Shown here: in pieces, positions 9,363-19,979 of the stretch
Layout: each line of letters begins with the position of its first letter
How positions within the stretch are numbered: position 1 is the stretch's first letter
Assembly (NCBI GenBank): GCA_049517415.1
Contig: JBEKSC010000001.1
Coordinates: forward strand, 159,146-223,145
Length of the DNA: 64,000 nt
Source: Candidatus Bathyarchaeia archaeon
GTDB lineage: Archaea; Thermoproteota; Bathyarchaeia; 40CM-2-53-6
Direction of reading: 5' to 3'
The notes under the pieces: model-generated
What the model saw: only the letters and a program-made list of their open reading frames with translations
What the model was told of the DNA's origin: nothing
The model's database searches: none
Position numbers and translations under genes: made by a program

Positions 9363-10557
9363 AAAAGCACCAAAGAAGAACTCGAAGACGCTCATTGCTG
9401 GCGTGGTTATAATCGTCATTATAGTCGCAGCTGGAGCAGCCTACTACTTTACCACTACCCCAATGGGAGCAACGCAGACCACTACGGCTATGCAATCAAC
9501 CACATCAGCCACATCTTCAGCCCCTCTCAAAATTGCGATGATCCTACCTGGCAGAATAGATGACCTCTCATGGAATCAGGCGGGTTACACTTCTTTCGAG
9601 AATCTGTTGACTAGCTATAACCAAGGCATCAATACCTGTGATTGTTGGGTACAGAACCACGAAGACCAGGCCAAAATTGAAGCGGACATAGCGGATTTCG
9701 CGAGTAGAGGCTACAATTTGATCATCGGTCACGGGTTCGAATTCCAAGTTCCAGTTCAGGACGTAGCGTCCCAATATCCAAACGTCAACTTTCTAGTCGT
9801 AGGCGGATGGAATAACTCATTGCCTAACGTTGCTATCGCTGACGTTCGCACTGACCAGACAGGCTACATCTTAGGCTACCTTGCCGGAAAGATGACGCAT
9901 ACAGACAGGATAGGGTACATCATGGGCGCTAGAGTGGCTGAGTTGGCACGGTTTGAGCCCAACTTCGCTCAGGGAGCACATGATGCCAACCCGGCTATTA
10001 CCTTCACATACGGAGCATTACCTGGCGGAGGAAACGGCATACTATCCGGAGGAACCATTAGCGTCGTAGCGGTGGGTGACTTCCACGATCTTGAAGGAGC
10101 CAAAGCTGATGCTGAGTTAATGGCGGGACAGGGCGTTGACGTCATAGCAACTATGGGCGACGGCGTCGTACTAGGATCGATCGAAGGTGCCATTGATAAG
10201 AATGTGTCTTTGATCGGTAACGGCGTTGACATTGCTGACAACCCACCTGTAGGCGCAGAGAAACTGGTCCTTGCCAGCGGTTCATGGAAATGGGATATCG
10301 TCTTCTCGCAATGGATCAACGACACCAATCAGGGCAAGCGGAACGGCAAGTACTGGGCGAACATGAATAATGGTGGATTACACATAGAGATCAACCAGAA
10401 CAATGTACCCTCTGCAGTCCAGCAAGAAATCTTGAACATTGAGGGACAAGTGAAGTCAGGTCAGATTCAGACAAATCCGCTTGGGCCTCTATTGATGAGC
10501 CCCAGCGCATTCATCACTGCTGTAACATTACAGGTAACTCGCTATTCGACAGACTAG
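9355..10557 (+). CDS. BMP family (nucleoside-type) ABC transporter substrate-binding protein
   Basis: N-terminal TM plus Thr/Ser linker; PGRIDDLSWNQ, IIGHGFEF, GYLAGKMT motifs. Confidence 0.9.
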   Translation: MTEKAPKKNSKTLIAGVVIIVIIVAAGAAYYFTTTPMGATQTTTAMQSTTSATSSAPLKIAMILPGRIDDLSWNQAGYTSFENLLTSYNQGINTCDCWVQNHEDQAKIEADIADFASRGYNLIIGHGFEFQVPVQDVASQYPNVNFLVVGGWNNSLPNVAIADVRTDQTGYILGYLAGKMTHTDRIGYIMGARVAELARFEPNFAQGAHDANPAITFTYGALPGGGNGILSGGTISVVAVGDFHDLEGAKADAELMAGQGVDVIATMGDGVVLGSIEGAIDKNVSLIGNGVDIADNPPVGAEKLVLASGSWKWDIVFSQWINDTNQGKRNGKYWANMNNGGLHIEINQNNVPSAVQQEILNIEGQVKSGQIQTNPLGPLLMSPSAFITAVTLQVTRYSTD

Positions 10558-10632
10558 CTTCTCTAACGCAACCGCTCCCCTCACTCTTTTTTCTTTCACA
10601 TTAATTAAATTTGATAGCGGAAGATTTCAAGA

Positions 10633-12180
10633 GTGCAAAGCCAGAACACCGTCGTTGCAATGCGCGAGATTGTGAAGAGATTTCCGGGGGTATTAGCAAA
10701 TGATAAAGTGGATTTTGAGGTGCAGGCAGGCGAAATACATGGACTGCTAGGCGAGAACGGCGCAGGCAAGAGTACTCTCATGAACATTCTCTACGGCTTC
10801 TATCATGCTGACGAGGGAACGGTAGATGTCTTCGGCAGAAGAGTTGACTTCCGCTCGCCAGCTGATGCGATAAGAAATGGGATCGGGATGGTGCATCAGA
10901 ACCTGAAACTCGTCAGCAATATGACGGTCACAGAAAACGTCATTCTTGGTTTAAAGTCCCCGAAGAGATTCTTGACAGATCTTCCGACCGCAGAAAAGAA
11001 GATTTCAGAACTCGGAGAACGCCACGGCCTTCCCGTGGATCCAAAGGCACAGATCTGGCATCTATCAATAGGCGAGAAACAAAGAGTCGAGATACTGAAA
11101 TCTCTCTACCGGGATGCAAAAATACTGATTCTCGATGAACCAACGTCAGTTCTAGCACCAAGCGAAGTGAAGGGATTCTTCATGGCCTTGCGCAACCTTA
11201 CGCAAAGTGGAATCGCCGTCGTTCTGATTACCCACAAATTAGACGAAGTCATGGACATTACCGACAGAGTCACGGTACTAAGAAAGGGCAAAAATGTTGC
11301 AACGCAGCCCACAAACATGGTAGACCAGAAGAAACTGGCTCAAATGATGATCGGAGAAAGCATCCCTCCGATGACTGCAAAATCCCCAACCACGTTTGAA
11401 GAACTGATTCTTCAAGTAAAGCATCTACATGTTTACGATGACCGGGGCCTTGAGGCCGTAAATGACCTAAGCTTTGAGGTACGAAAGGGCGAGATTCTAG
11501 GCATAGCTGGCGTCTCAGGCAATGGACAAAGAGAACTCGTCCAGACAATAGTAGGACTAAGGAAACCTATCTCAGGATCGATAAGACTCAACGGCGTAGA
11601 AATCGCTGCTAAGCCACCTCGAGGTATCATCGAGCTTGGCGTGGCATATGTCCCAGAGAATAGGATGGAAGATGGATGCATAGCGGATTTTGGAATAGAC
11701 GAGAACCTTATTCTCAATGACTTTGATAAGCCTCCGATTTGCAACATGCTTGCGTCACATATTCCGACTTTCTTGAATGAGCGAGAGGTTCGGATCAGAG
11801 CTCAAAGAGCCATCGATGAGTTCGGCATAAAGACCACGGGACCGACCGCCAAAGCAGGATCATTGTCTGGAGGGAACTTACAGCGTTTACTCTTAGCCCG
11901 CGAACTTACTGGGAAGCCCGAGTTAATCGTGATCTCGCAACCAACGCGAGGTTTGGATGTAGCAGCTACTGAATATGTCAGAGGTCTGATAGTCCAACAA
12001 AGAAATAGAGGCGCAGGAATAATCCTCGTAGACGAGGACCTAGCAGAATTAGTTACTGTTAGCGACAGGTTAGCCGTCATGTACAAAGGGGAAATTGTCG
12101 GTCTACTTGAGCCGAAGCAATTCAGACCTGAAGAAATCGGGCTAATGATGACGGGCGTAAAGAGGATGAAAGCGGCGTAA
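10633..12180 (+). CDS. Nucleoside/sugar ABC transporter ATPase (double domain)
   Basis: GENGAGKST, LSIGEKQRVEI, ILDEPT, LSGGNLQR, QPTRGLD. Confidence 0.95.
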   Translation: MQSQNTVVAMREIVKRFPGVLANDKVDFEVQAGEIHGLLGENGAGKSTLMNILYGFYHADEGTVDVFGRRVDFRSPADAIRNGIGMVHQNLKLVSNMTVTENVILGLKSPKRFLTDLPTAEKKISELGERHGLPVDPKAQIWHLSIGEKQRVEILKSLYRDAKILILDEPTSVLAPSEVKGFFMALRNLTQSGIAVVLITHKLDEVMDITDRVTVLRKGKNVATQPTNMVDQKKLAQMMIGESIPPMTAKSPTTFEELILQVKHLHVYDDRGLEAVNDLSFEVRKGEILGIAGVSGNGQRELVQTIVGLRKPISGSIRLNGVEIAAKPPRGIIELGVAYVPENRMEDGCIADFGIDENLILNDFDKPPICNMLASHIPTFLNEREVRIRAQRAIDEFGIKTTGPTAKAGSLSGGNLQRLLLARELTGKPELIVISQPTRGLDVAATEYVRGLIVQQRNRGAGIILVDEDLAELVTVSDRLAVMYKGEIVGLLEPKQFRPEEIGLMMTGVKRMKAA

Positions 12181-12184
12181 AGCA

Positions 12185-13252
12185 ATGACTAAACTCCGGA
12201 TTTCACAGAAATTAGAAGTCAGCAGGCGTGCCCTTCTGGCTGTCACCCTCATTTCGTATATTGCCTCGCCCCTAGTCATCTTGGGCGTTCTTTACGCTGC
12301 GGGTAAGAGTCCGCTCGTGGCGCTGGACGCCCTTTATCGAGGCACGATCGGAACAGTTCCGGGCTTTGCTGAATCGATCGTCCAAGCCACGTCACTAATG
12401 CTGTTAGCGGTAGGTCTCGTAATAGCGTTCAGAGCAAAAGTGTGGAATATAGGCGCGGAAGGTCAGCAGGTGTTCGGAGCGATCTTAGCAACATGGTTCG
12501 CGTTGCCCCTGCTAAGGAACCCTTGGCCTAACTACGTTATGATTCCCATCGCACTTTCGCTCTCCTTCATAGGCGGAGGCCTATTCGCCACCGTACCGGC
12601 GCTGATGAAATCAAGACTGGGGATCAATGAGGTGATCACGACCATCATGATGAATTACGTGGCTATTGACGCTCTTAACTGGCTTGTTAGGGGCCCCTTT
12701 CAAGACAAGTCAATCCCGGGCAGCTACCCAGAATCCCCGATCTTTCCTGAGCAATTGTCCCTGCCAATCATACTGCGAGAATCAAGTGTGACAATAGGAA
12801 TAATCATCGCGGTCGTATCGTGCTTTTGTGTATACTATCTTCTGTTTAGGACGCCGTTGGGTTACAGCATAAGGGCCGTTGGACTAAACCGATCCGCAGC
12901 TAGGACAAGTGGGATCCCAGTAACTCGTGTTCTCGACTCTGCGATGATACTTAGTGGCGCATTAGCTGGGCTAGGGGGTGGAGTCTACATTCTAGGAATT
13001 GCCCACGCACTACTTCCTGAACAGGCGTCGGGCATAGGTTATACGGCTGTAGTCGTCTCACTCTTGGGCAACGTACATCCATTAGGTGTCATTTTCGCTT
13101 CGATTTTCTTTGGAGGACTGATTTCGGGAATGTCATCAGTAGAACGCTCACTTCAGATCCCCGAGACGCTTTCACTTCTATCACAAGGAATAATAATTGT
13201 AATGATTTTGATCATTCAAGTGTTCGCGAGATTTGAACTTAAGAGGGGATGA
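12185..13252 (+). CDS. Nucleoside ABC transporter permease 1
   Basis: WNIGAEGQ, NEVITTIMMNY, multiple TMs. Confidence 0.93.
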   Translation: MTKLRISQKLEVSRRALLAVTLISYIASPLVILGVLYAAGKSPLVALDALYRGTIGTVPGFAESIVQATSLMLLAVGLVIAFRAKVWNIGAEGQQVFGAILATWFALPLLRNPWPNYVMIPIALSLSFIGGGLFATVPALMKSRLGINEVITTIMMNYVAIDALNWLVRGPFQDKSIPGSYPESPIFPEQLSLPIILRESSVTIGIIIAVVSCFCVYYLLFRTPLGYSIRAVGLNRSAARTSGIPVTRVLDSAMILSGALAGLGGGVYILGIAHALLPEQASGIGYTAVVVSLLGNVHPLGVIFASIFFGGLISGMSSVERSLQIPETLSLLSQGIIIVMILIIQVFARFELKRG

Positions 13253-13255
13253 ATT

Positions 13256-14197
13256 ATGGTAGCAATACTAAATGCTGCGGCGATCACAGGCTTGATCGCA
13301 TCAATGATTGAGCTTAGTGTCCCAATGGCTTTCGCTGCGCTGGGAGAGGTTATAAGCGAACGGGGGGGCGTCATCAACCTTGGAACAGAAGGTGTGATGC
13401 TTGTCGGCGCGATTTCCGCCTTCTCCGTAGGTTTCTTCATGCACAATGACTTACTCGGAATATTGCTAGGCGCATTCGCTGGCGCGTTAATGGGCCTTCT
13501 TCTGGCCTTTGTGTCGGTATCTTTGAAGCAAGACCAGATCCTAACGGGGCTTGGAATCTACTTTCTCGGCCTAGGTCTTTCTGGTTTTCTCTACGATGTG
13601 TTGTTCAGCAACATAGGCTCTACAATAAGAATTGAGGGCCTTCAGAAATTGCCGATACCTATCCTATCACTAATCCCTATCTTAGGAGATTCCCTCTTCT
13701 CTCAAGACATAATCGAGTACCTGGCTTTCGTGAGCCTAGTGATAGTTATCCTTGTGATTGGCCGCACGACATTCGGGCTTAACCTTAGGGCCGTCGGCGA
13801 AAACCCGTCAGCCGCAGATACATTAGGCGTCAACGTGAGCAAAATTAAGTACATCGCCGTAATTGCGGGAGCAGCATTGGCGGGGATCGGGGGCGCTTAC
13901 CTAGCAATTTCCTCCCATGCATTTCAGGCAGAGAACATAACCGCGGGTAGAGGTTTCATCGCAGTTGCGATGGTCTACTTCGGCAAATGGAAGCCGGCGA
14001 GAGCATTTTTCGGAACTTTTCTGTTTGGAGCGGCATACCTGCTTGGCTCATTCTTTCAAGTTGTGGGCTCCATGGTTCCATATTACTTTCTTCTGATGGT
14101 ACCATACATTATGACGCTAATCATCCTCGTGATAATAGCCAGAGGCGCTAGACAGCCCTCAGCTCTCGGCGTCCCGTACACCAGAGAGAGCGGATAA
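13256..14197 (+). CDS. Nucleoside ABC transporter permease 2
   Basis: SERGGVINLGTEG, AVGENP, GRGFIAVA, PSALGVPY. Confidence 0.93.
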   Translation: MVAILNAAAITGLIASMIELSVPMAFAALGEVISERGGVINLGTEGVMLVGAISAFSVGFFMHNDLLGILLGAFAGALMGLLLAFVSVSLKQDQILTGLGIYFLGLGLSGFLYDVLFSNIGSTIRIEGLQKLPIPILSLIPILGDSLFSQDIIEYLAFVSLVIVILVIGRTTFGLNLRAVGENPSAADTLGVNVSKIKYIAVIAGAALAGIGGAYLAISSHAFQAENITAGRGFIAVAMVYFGKWKPARAFFGTFLFGAAYLLGSFFQVVGSMVPYYFLLMVPYIMTLIILVIIARGARQPSALGVPYTRESG

Positions 14198-14284
14198 TGG
14201 AACTCAACGAATGAATATTCTTACTCAGCATATTGAGAACAAGTATCTTTCGAGAGCATTTCGCGCTCTGGAATTGGACTAATC

Positions 14285-15079
14285 TTATTCACGCACGAGC
14301 TCGTCAACATCTTTGTACCACTTCCGTTTCTCTCCGATTTGTGACCTAATCTTCCAGCCTCTTGTCTTGGGCTCTTTATCGATCCGCTCCCGTAAAGCAT
14401 TGATCTTCGAAGTCACATCTACCTTATCCTCTTCGGAAAGTTTCTTGAGAGTTTGTGTTGTTTTTCTCACGTTTTCTAAGTTTGTTGTGAATGTCTTCCA
14501 AAGCCCCCAATCGCGAGCAGTAAGCCGCGCCAAATGGTCTTCGTTGATCGTGTCATTGTCCGATCCGCCAATCGGATGTTCCCTCAACAGCATGATGGTG
14601 TCTATCGCGTCCTTCTCATTCAGTTTGACTATCTGCATTTTCTCTAAGACAAGCTCTGCGAGCGGAATCGTCGGATAATCCACTTCGAGCCTATCTTTGA
14701 AGTCAATGTCGTGGCAGAACTCAAGCTTGTCCAAGAAGACATCGCAATGTCTACCGGTGCCGCTGGTCTCGTAAAATACCAGCCTAGAACCGAAAAGAGC
14801 TCTTACTCGCACGTCATACTGATACCCAAGCCCTGCGAAAAGAGTGCTGATTCGCGCAGTTTCCTTCTTGTAGGAGGCGAAGTCTATGTCAGTAAACGTG
14901 CGCCCGAGCATTTCCTGCATGTAGGAAAATTTGGGGCAATGTATGTGAAACGCAAGTGCTCCCAGCAACCTCAATAGTACGCCGTCGGCTTTGGCCGCAT
15001 CCATGATCCGGTGTACTTCTTCAAAAAAGTCAGAATGCGCATTGCCGTACTTTGCCAAGGGTAATCTGCGAAGAATCAA
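14285..15079 (-). CDS. Uncharacterised nucleotidyltransferase-fold protein
   Basis: LRLLGALA...TDIDF motif (hG[GS]..DxD-like), later DVFLD and NEKD. Confidence 0.65.
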   Translation of the reverse strand: MILRRLPLAKYGNAHSDFFEEVHRIMDAAKADGVLLRLLGALAFHIHCPKFSYMQEMLGRTFTDIDFASYKKETARISTLFAGLGYQYDVRVRALFGSRLVFYETSGTGRHCDVFLDKLEFCHDIDFKDRLEVDYPTIPLAELVLEKMQIVKLNEKDAIDTIMLLREHPIGGSDNDTINEDHLARLTARDWGLWKTFTTNLENVRKTTQTLKKLSEEDKVDVTSKINALRERIDKEPKTRGWKIRSQIGEKRKWYKDVDELVRE

Positions 15080-15248
15080 TAGGCCCCGCCTAAATGAAAC
15101 TTGACCTCAACACCCTACAAAGTGAAAAAAGTAAAGGATACGCGGCTCAGAATTCTGGAGCCCAGCTGATTTTCGGGTGATAACCAGCCCTGAACATAAG
15201 AAGCAAGAGGTTAAACTCCCACTACCCGAGCCATAGGGTGGTCATTTT

Positions 15249-16817
15249 ATGAGAAGTCAACCTGCGGCGTTTGTAAGAAAGGCCTCAGGGCTACGTAGAG
15301 ACGTTTCCTTATTGGATGTAGTAAGCCTGAATCTGGGCAACATGTCAGGCGGCGCAGCCCTCGGAGTCATAGGCTTCACAACTGTACTGCTCACATCAAT
15401 GTCTGGCGTGAACCTGGTGTATGGTTCTATAATCGCTTGGGTGCTATCAATCCCGGAGATCATTGTCTATACGATGATGACGACGAGAGTCAGTCGGACT
15501 GGGGGAGACTACGTTTGGGTCTCGCGTATCTACGGCGGAATGTTCGGAGGACCTCTTTCGTTCATGGGTTACACGCTTGAGACGATGGCATATATGGCGC
15601 TGATCGCGCTGGCGGCAGTTTTTGCGATTGGTTCGGTTGGAGTTTCGCTCGGATACTCGAACATGCTTCAGTTCGCGTTGCCAGGCAACATTCCTGGAGC
15701 TAACCTGGCGGGACAATTTCTAATTGCAGGATTAGTCTTCGCTGTCCTAATAGCCATCAACGTTGTCAAACCGAAACTGGGTTTCAAAGTCGTTGCGATT
15801 GCGGTAATAATCGCGATATTGGCAACTTTTGTAGGCATTTTCTCGCTCTTGGCTGCTGGAACGACGGGAGTGCAGAATTATATGAGCTTCCTAAACACGA
15901 TCGGCTCCAACACAACGTATACTGCAGTTGCTAATTCATACACGGGGTCAACATTCGATTTTGGAGCAACCATATTTATGCTTCCATTCTACGCCATCTT
16001 CATCTATCCTTGGTTGAACGCAGGACCCGCTGTAGCTTCCGAGATTAAGGGCAAAGGCGCGTTGCGATACAATGTGTTCATATCGTCATTCATAACTCTC
16101 ATAGTTGTCACGACGGCATTTGCAGCCATGTACTATGCTGGCGGGTTCAACTTCATCAATGGGGCATTAGGCAACGGGAACCTAGTATTCAATTATTCAT
16201 TTAACTTCTGGACACTCGCAATGGGTGTCTCTAGCACCCCCGTAGCCTGGTTCATCGGCATAGGTTGGATCATGTGGGAGGTAGCCATCATAGCCTACGC
16301 AATCATCGTTCTATCACGATACCTCTTCGCTCAATCCTTCGACCGATTCTTACCCGAGAAGATATCATACGTTAGCCCGAAGTACGGTTCGCCTACTGTC
16401 GCATTCCTAATCAATTTCATAGGCACAATGGTTTTGATCGGGTTAGCTTCGTTCTTCTACGGTACTCTAACTGCGCTCTACGGAGCTGTGATCGCATCAA
16501 TGATTTACTTCTTCTTCATAGGAATCGCCGCCGTACTCTATGCTCGCAAGAATGAGAAAGGACGACCCAAAGCAATTCTTGCAACCGCCGGCCTCCTGAT
16601 GGCTATCGTATTTGCGTACATCACCTACCAATTCCTTGCCAATCCATGCATTTGGGGAAGCTGCCCGCCAGGTGTGTGGGGAGAAAATACACTTGGCTAT
16701 CTATGGGTGGTAGGCAGTTTCGTGGCTGGAGTCATAATCTATGCGTGGTCGAAATCGTACCATGCCAAGCGTGGCATTGACATCACGCTCGCATACAAGG
16801 AACTGCCCCCACTATAG
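15249..16817 (+). CDS. APC family amino acid/amine permease
   Basis: FVRKASGLRR N-terminus, RTGGDYVWVSR, SFDRFLP, about 12-14 TMs, ELPP C-terminus. Confidence 0.9.
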   Translation: MRSQPAAFVRKASGLRRDVSLLDVVSLNLGNMSGGAALGVIGFTTVLLTSMSGVNLVYGSIIAWVLSIPEIIVYTMMTTRVSRTGGDYVWVSRIYGGMFGGPLSFMGYTLETMAYMALIALAAVFAIGSVGVSLGYSNMLQFALPGNIPGANLAGQFLIAGLVFAVLIAINVVKPKLGFKVVAIAVIIAILATFVGIFSLLAAGTTGVQNYMSFLNTIGSNTTYTAVANSYTGSTFDFGATIFMLPFYAIFIYPWLNAGPAVASEIKGKGALRYNVFISSFITLIVVTTAFAAMYYAGGFNFINGALGNGNLVFNYSFNFWTLAMGVSSTPVAWFIGIGWIMWEVAIIAYAIIVLSRYLFAQSFDRFLPEKISYVSPKYGSPTVAFLINFIGTMVLIGLASFFYGTLTALYGAVIASMIYFFFIGIAAVLYARKNEKGRPKAILATAGLLMAIVFAYITYQFLANPCIWGSCPPGVWGENTLGYLWVVGSFVAGVIIYAWSKSYHAKRGIDITLAYKELPPL

Positions 16818-17009
16818 TTCAGTCATCACTGAATAAACAACCTCAATCACCGGCGTAAGACAAGCGCACCAAGCGAGAATAAGCAGAAAGCTTGATAGAA
16901 AACCCCCAAAAGCTGAAGCCGACAAGCACTGGATGTTATACGGGACCAAGCCGTCTGGTTCAACCGTCGTATAGTTCACGCGAGACGTTAAACAATATCC
17001 GATTCCGCA

Positions 17010-17978
17010 TTATCCGGATGTGAGCTGAGAACTAAGAACTTTCTTATCTCCGATATTGACGATTGCCCCCCTGAGCACACCCTCAGGGTATTCGCTGCCA
17101 GGGTTAATCACCAACGTTCTTCCAATCCTGGTAGTTCCTCTGGATTCATGGATATGACCGCAAAGGTCTAGAAGCGGCTGATACTTTTCGACCGCGCGAC
17201 GAATTGCAGTGCTGCCAGCTCCAAACATGACTGCCTGACCCTTGTCAAAGACAGGCTTCGGCGGATAAACTGAGTCGTCCAGTTTCGGGGCCGTATCTAA
17301 TCCGCAGTTTACCGGAGGTACGTGAATATTAAACACACAGTTCTCCTTATCCGATACAGAGGAAACGAGCTTCTCAGTCATGGCTTCAAGCTCTTCCTCA
17401 CTATGATCTCGCGGACACTTCCAGGGAGTAGGGTTGCTCCACCCCAAGTTCACCATTTCGTGAAGCTCATCAATTTTGAGGACTTTGTGATCGGCGTTCT
17501 TCACATGAGGAGTATCTCGGACGGCATCGACAATTTCCTGATAATCATCATTTCCACCCGTCAAATAACACGTCACGCCTAGCTCAGAGAGAAAGGGCTC
17601 GGCACGGTCGACCCACTTTGTCAATGTGTCTTTCATGACGGTCATGAAAAGTTTATCCACTTTCTCTTCGGACGCGTTGAGCTCATCCATCTCTGTCTTG
17701 CTACAGCGATAGGGGTAGTAACCGCTGTTAGTTATCTCCTGCTCCAAGGACTTCACCTCGTCTGGGCTGTGTAAAGTTCTCCCGCCAACGTAGTCAGCTT
17801 TGAACGTCCCGTCGCCGTAGTCAACGATCGGGACAAGCATCTTACCGGTCATGTCGCCTCCGAGAACCAAGACGTCAACCTTGTAGAACTTTGCGGCGCT
17901 TAACAACTTTTCATAACAACGTCCCGAACCGTGAAGGTCTGTTGCATAGAAAATCTTCGTGAACTTCTTCTCAGGCAT
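17010..17978 (-). CDS. Calcineurin-like metallophosphoesterase (Icc-related)
   Basis: TDLHG, GGDMTG, GGNDD, HVPP, GHIHE, NPGS motifs. Confidence 0.9.
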   Translation of the reverse strand: MPEKKFTKIFYATDLHGSGRCYEKLLSAAKFYKVDVLVLGGDMTGKMLVPIVDYGDGTFKADYVGGRTLHSPDEVKSLEQEITNSGYYPYRCSKTEMDELNASEEKVDKLFMTVMKDTLTKWVDRAEPFLSELGVTCYLTGGNDDYQEIVDAVRDTPHVKNADHKVLKIDELHEMVNLGWSNPTPWKCPRDHSEEELEAMTEKLVSSVSDKENCVFNIHVPPVNCGLDTAPKLDDSVYPPKPVFDKGQAVMFGAGSTAIRRAVEKYQPLLDLCGHIHESRGTTRIGRTLVINPGSEYPEGVLRGAIVNIGDKKVLSSQLTSG

Positions 17979-18114
17979 ATTTGCGCATCTTCGGTGGTCG
18001 CGTAGTAAACGCGGCGGTACTATAATTTATCCCTCCGAATATATCGAAGGCGAAATCACGAAGAAGGTTCCTTAAGTATGAAGGCAAGTCGTGCTTTCGT
18101 AGGAGACGTGAGCA

Positions 18115-19911
18115 ATGTTTGAAATCGACGGCAGGACACACTTGCATGATGTCACTCGCCTGCTTGTGAACACTGCGATGGGACGCACCAAAGCTGACTT
18201 GGTGGTACGGAATGGTTTTCTTGTAAGTACAAACTCCGGCGAAATCATTGAGAATCAAGGAATAGCGATCAAAAACGATAGGATAGCGCTTGTTGGAAAT
18301 GTGGAAAACACCATTGGGCCGGATACTCAAGTAATTGACGCGCGCGGAAAATGGGTTGCTCCGGGGTTCATTGACGGTCACGTTCACGTGGAGAGCGCTA
18401 TGGTCACAGGAACTGAATTTGCGAGAGCCGTGCTACCTCATGGTACGACTACGGTTTTCATAGACCCTCACGAAATGGCAAACGTCCTTGGGACGGACGG
18501 CGTTCGGTTCTTCATAAACGAAGCGCGAGGACTTCCGCTTAAGATGCTTATCACATTTCCCTCATGCGTTCCTGCGGCCCCCGGTTTCGAAACGAATGGC
18601 GCTACATTTGGGCCGAAGGAGATTGAGGAGGCGATGAGTTGGAAGGAAGTTGTGGCCCTTGGCGAGGTGATGAACTATCCTGGTGTGTTGGCGGCCGACC
18701 CTGACGTACACGGGGAAATTGCAGCGACACTGAAAACCGGGCGGGTAGTGGAAGGTCACGCAGTCGATTTGCTAGATAGAGACTTGGGGGCGTATGCCGC
18801 TGCTGGGATAACCTCATGCCACGAATCAACTGAAGAAATTCAAGCAATCCAGAAACTCAGAAACGGCATGCACGCAATGCTAAGAGAGGGATCGGGTGCG
18901 AGAAACGTTGCGAATACAATCACGTGTGTTACGAAAGAAAAACTTGATTCACGTCACGTCTGTTTAGTTACAGACGACCGAGAGCCGAGCGATTTGCTGA
19001 ACGAGGGGCATATTGATCATGCCATTCGCAGAGCCATTCAAGAAGGAGTCGACCCGATCGAGGCAATTCAGATGGCCACGCTCAATGTCGCAGAACATTT
19101 CGAGTGTGCCAGAGAACTTGGAAACATAGCTCCAGCCCGTTTCGCTGACATCGTCATTCTCGACAAACTCGAAACGGTGTCCGTAAACACGGTCATTGCT
19201 GACGGAAAAGTCGTAAGTGAAAAAGGAAAGTTAACCGCGAACCTGCCGACCCCTACTTACCCAGAAGCTGTGATGCAATCCATGCATGTCAAGCTTCCAC
19301 CCAGCCTGGAGGATCTGATTGTCAGGACTAAGACCAAGAATGGCTCGGTTAGGGTTAGGGCGATTGGGGTTATGCCGACGAATATTCTCACGCGCAACCT
19401 AGAGTCGGAAGTTCCCGTGAAAGATGGGACTGCGACGGCGAATCCAAGAGAGGATGTGGCGAAGATAGCTGTCTTTGAGCGGCACAGAGGTTCAGGGAAT
19501 GTGGCGGTTGGATTCGTCAAGGGGCTTGGGCTAAGAGAGGGAGCTGTTGCATCGACGGTGGGGCATGATAGCCACAACTTGGTGGTCGCGGGAATGGATG
19601 ACGCTAGCATGATTGCGGCCGCAAATCTTCTAACGCAAAGCGGCGGGGGTATGGTCGCGGTTAAGAATCAAAAACCGCTATCCCATCTTCCTCTGCCCAT
19701 AGCTGGGCTCATGTCGGACAAGTCTGTTGGAACGGTTTCAAGGCAGATGGAGGAGCTCAAGGGTGCGTGGTCAAAATTGGGCTCGAAGCTGCCATCTCCT
19801 ACGATCACGCTCGCGTTCACTACACTCTCGGTTATTCCGGAGCTGAGAATTACTGACAAGGGGGTCTTAGATACGGTTCAGTTCAGATTCGTGAACCCTA
19901 TCATTGAGTGA
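18115..19911 (+). CDS. ade: Adenine deaminase
   Basis: DGHVHVES, DPHEMANV, GEVMNYPG, CHES, REGS, TDD, STVGHDSHN, LSVIPELRITDKG. Confidence 0.93.
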   Translation: MFEIDGRTHLHDVTRLLVNTAMGRTKADLVVRNGFLVSTNSGEIIENQGIAIKNDRIALVGNVENTIGPDTQVIDARGKWVAPGFIDGHVHVESAMVTGTEFARAVLPHGTTTVFIDPHEMANVLGTDGVRFFINEARGLPLKMLITFPSCVPAAPGFETNGATFGPKEIEEAMSWKEVVALGEVMNYPGVLAADPDVHGEIAATLKTGRVVEGHAVDLLDRDLGAYAAAGITSCHESTEEIQAIQKLRNGMHAMLREGSGARNVANTITCVTKEKLDSRHVCLVTDDREPSDLLNEGHIDHAIRRAIQEGVDPIEAIQMATLNVAEHFECARELGNIAPARFADIVILDKLETVSVNTVIADGKVVSEKGKLTANLPTPTYPEAVMQSMHVKLPPSLEDLIVRTKTKNGSVRVRAIGVMPTNILTRNLESEVPVKDGTATANPREDVAKIAVFERHRGSGNVAVGFVKGLGLREGAVASTVGHDSHNLVVAGMDDASMIAAANLLTQSGGGMVAVKNQKPLSHLPLPIAGLMSDKSVGTVSRQMEELKGAWSKLGSKLPSPTITLAFTTLSVIPELRITDKGVLDTVQFRFVNPIIE

Positions 19912-19979
19912 ACTGAACTTGGGTGAAATGTGAGTCTGTCCACGTCCTTCGGTCGCTTATTTGTGCGCAAGTTCAGCTT

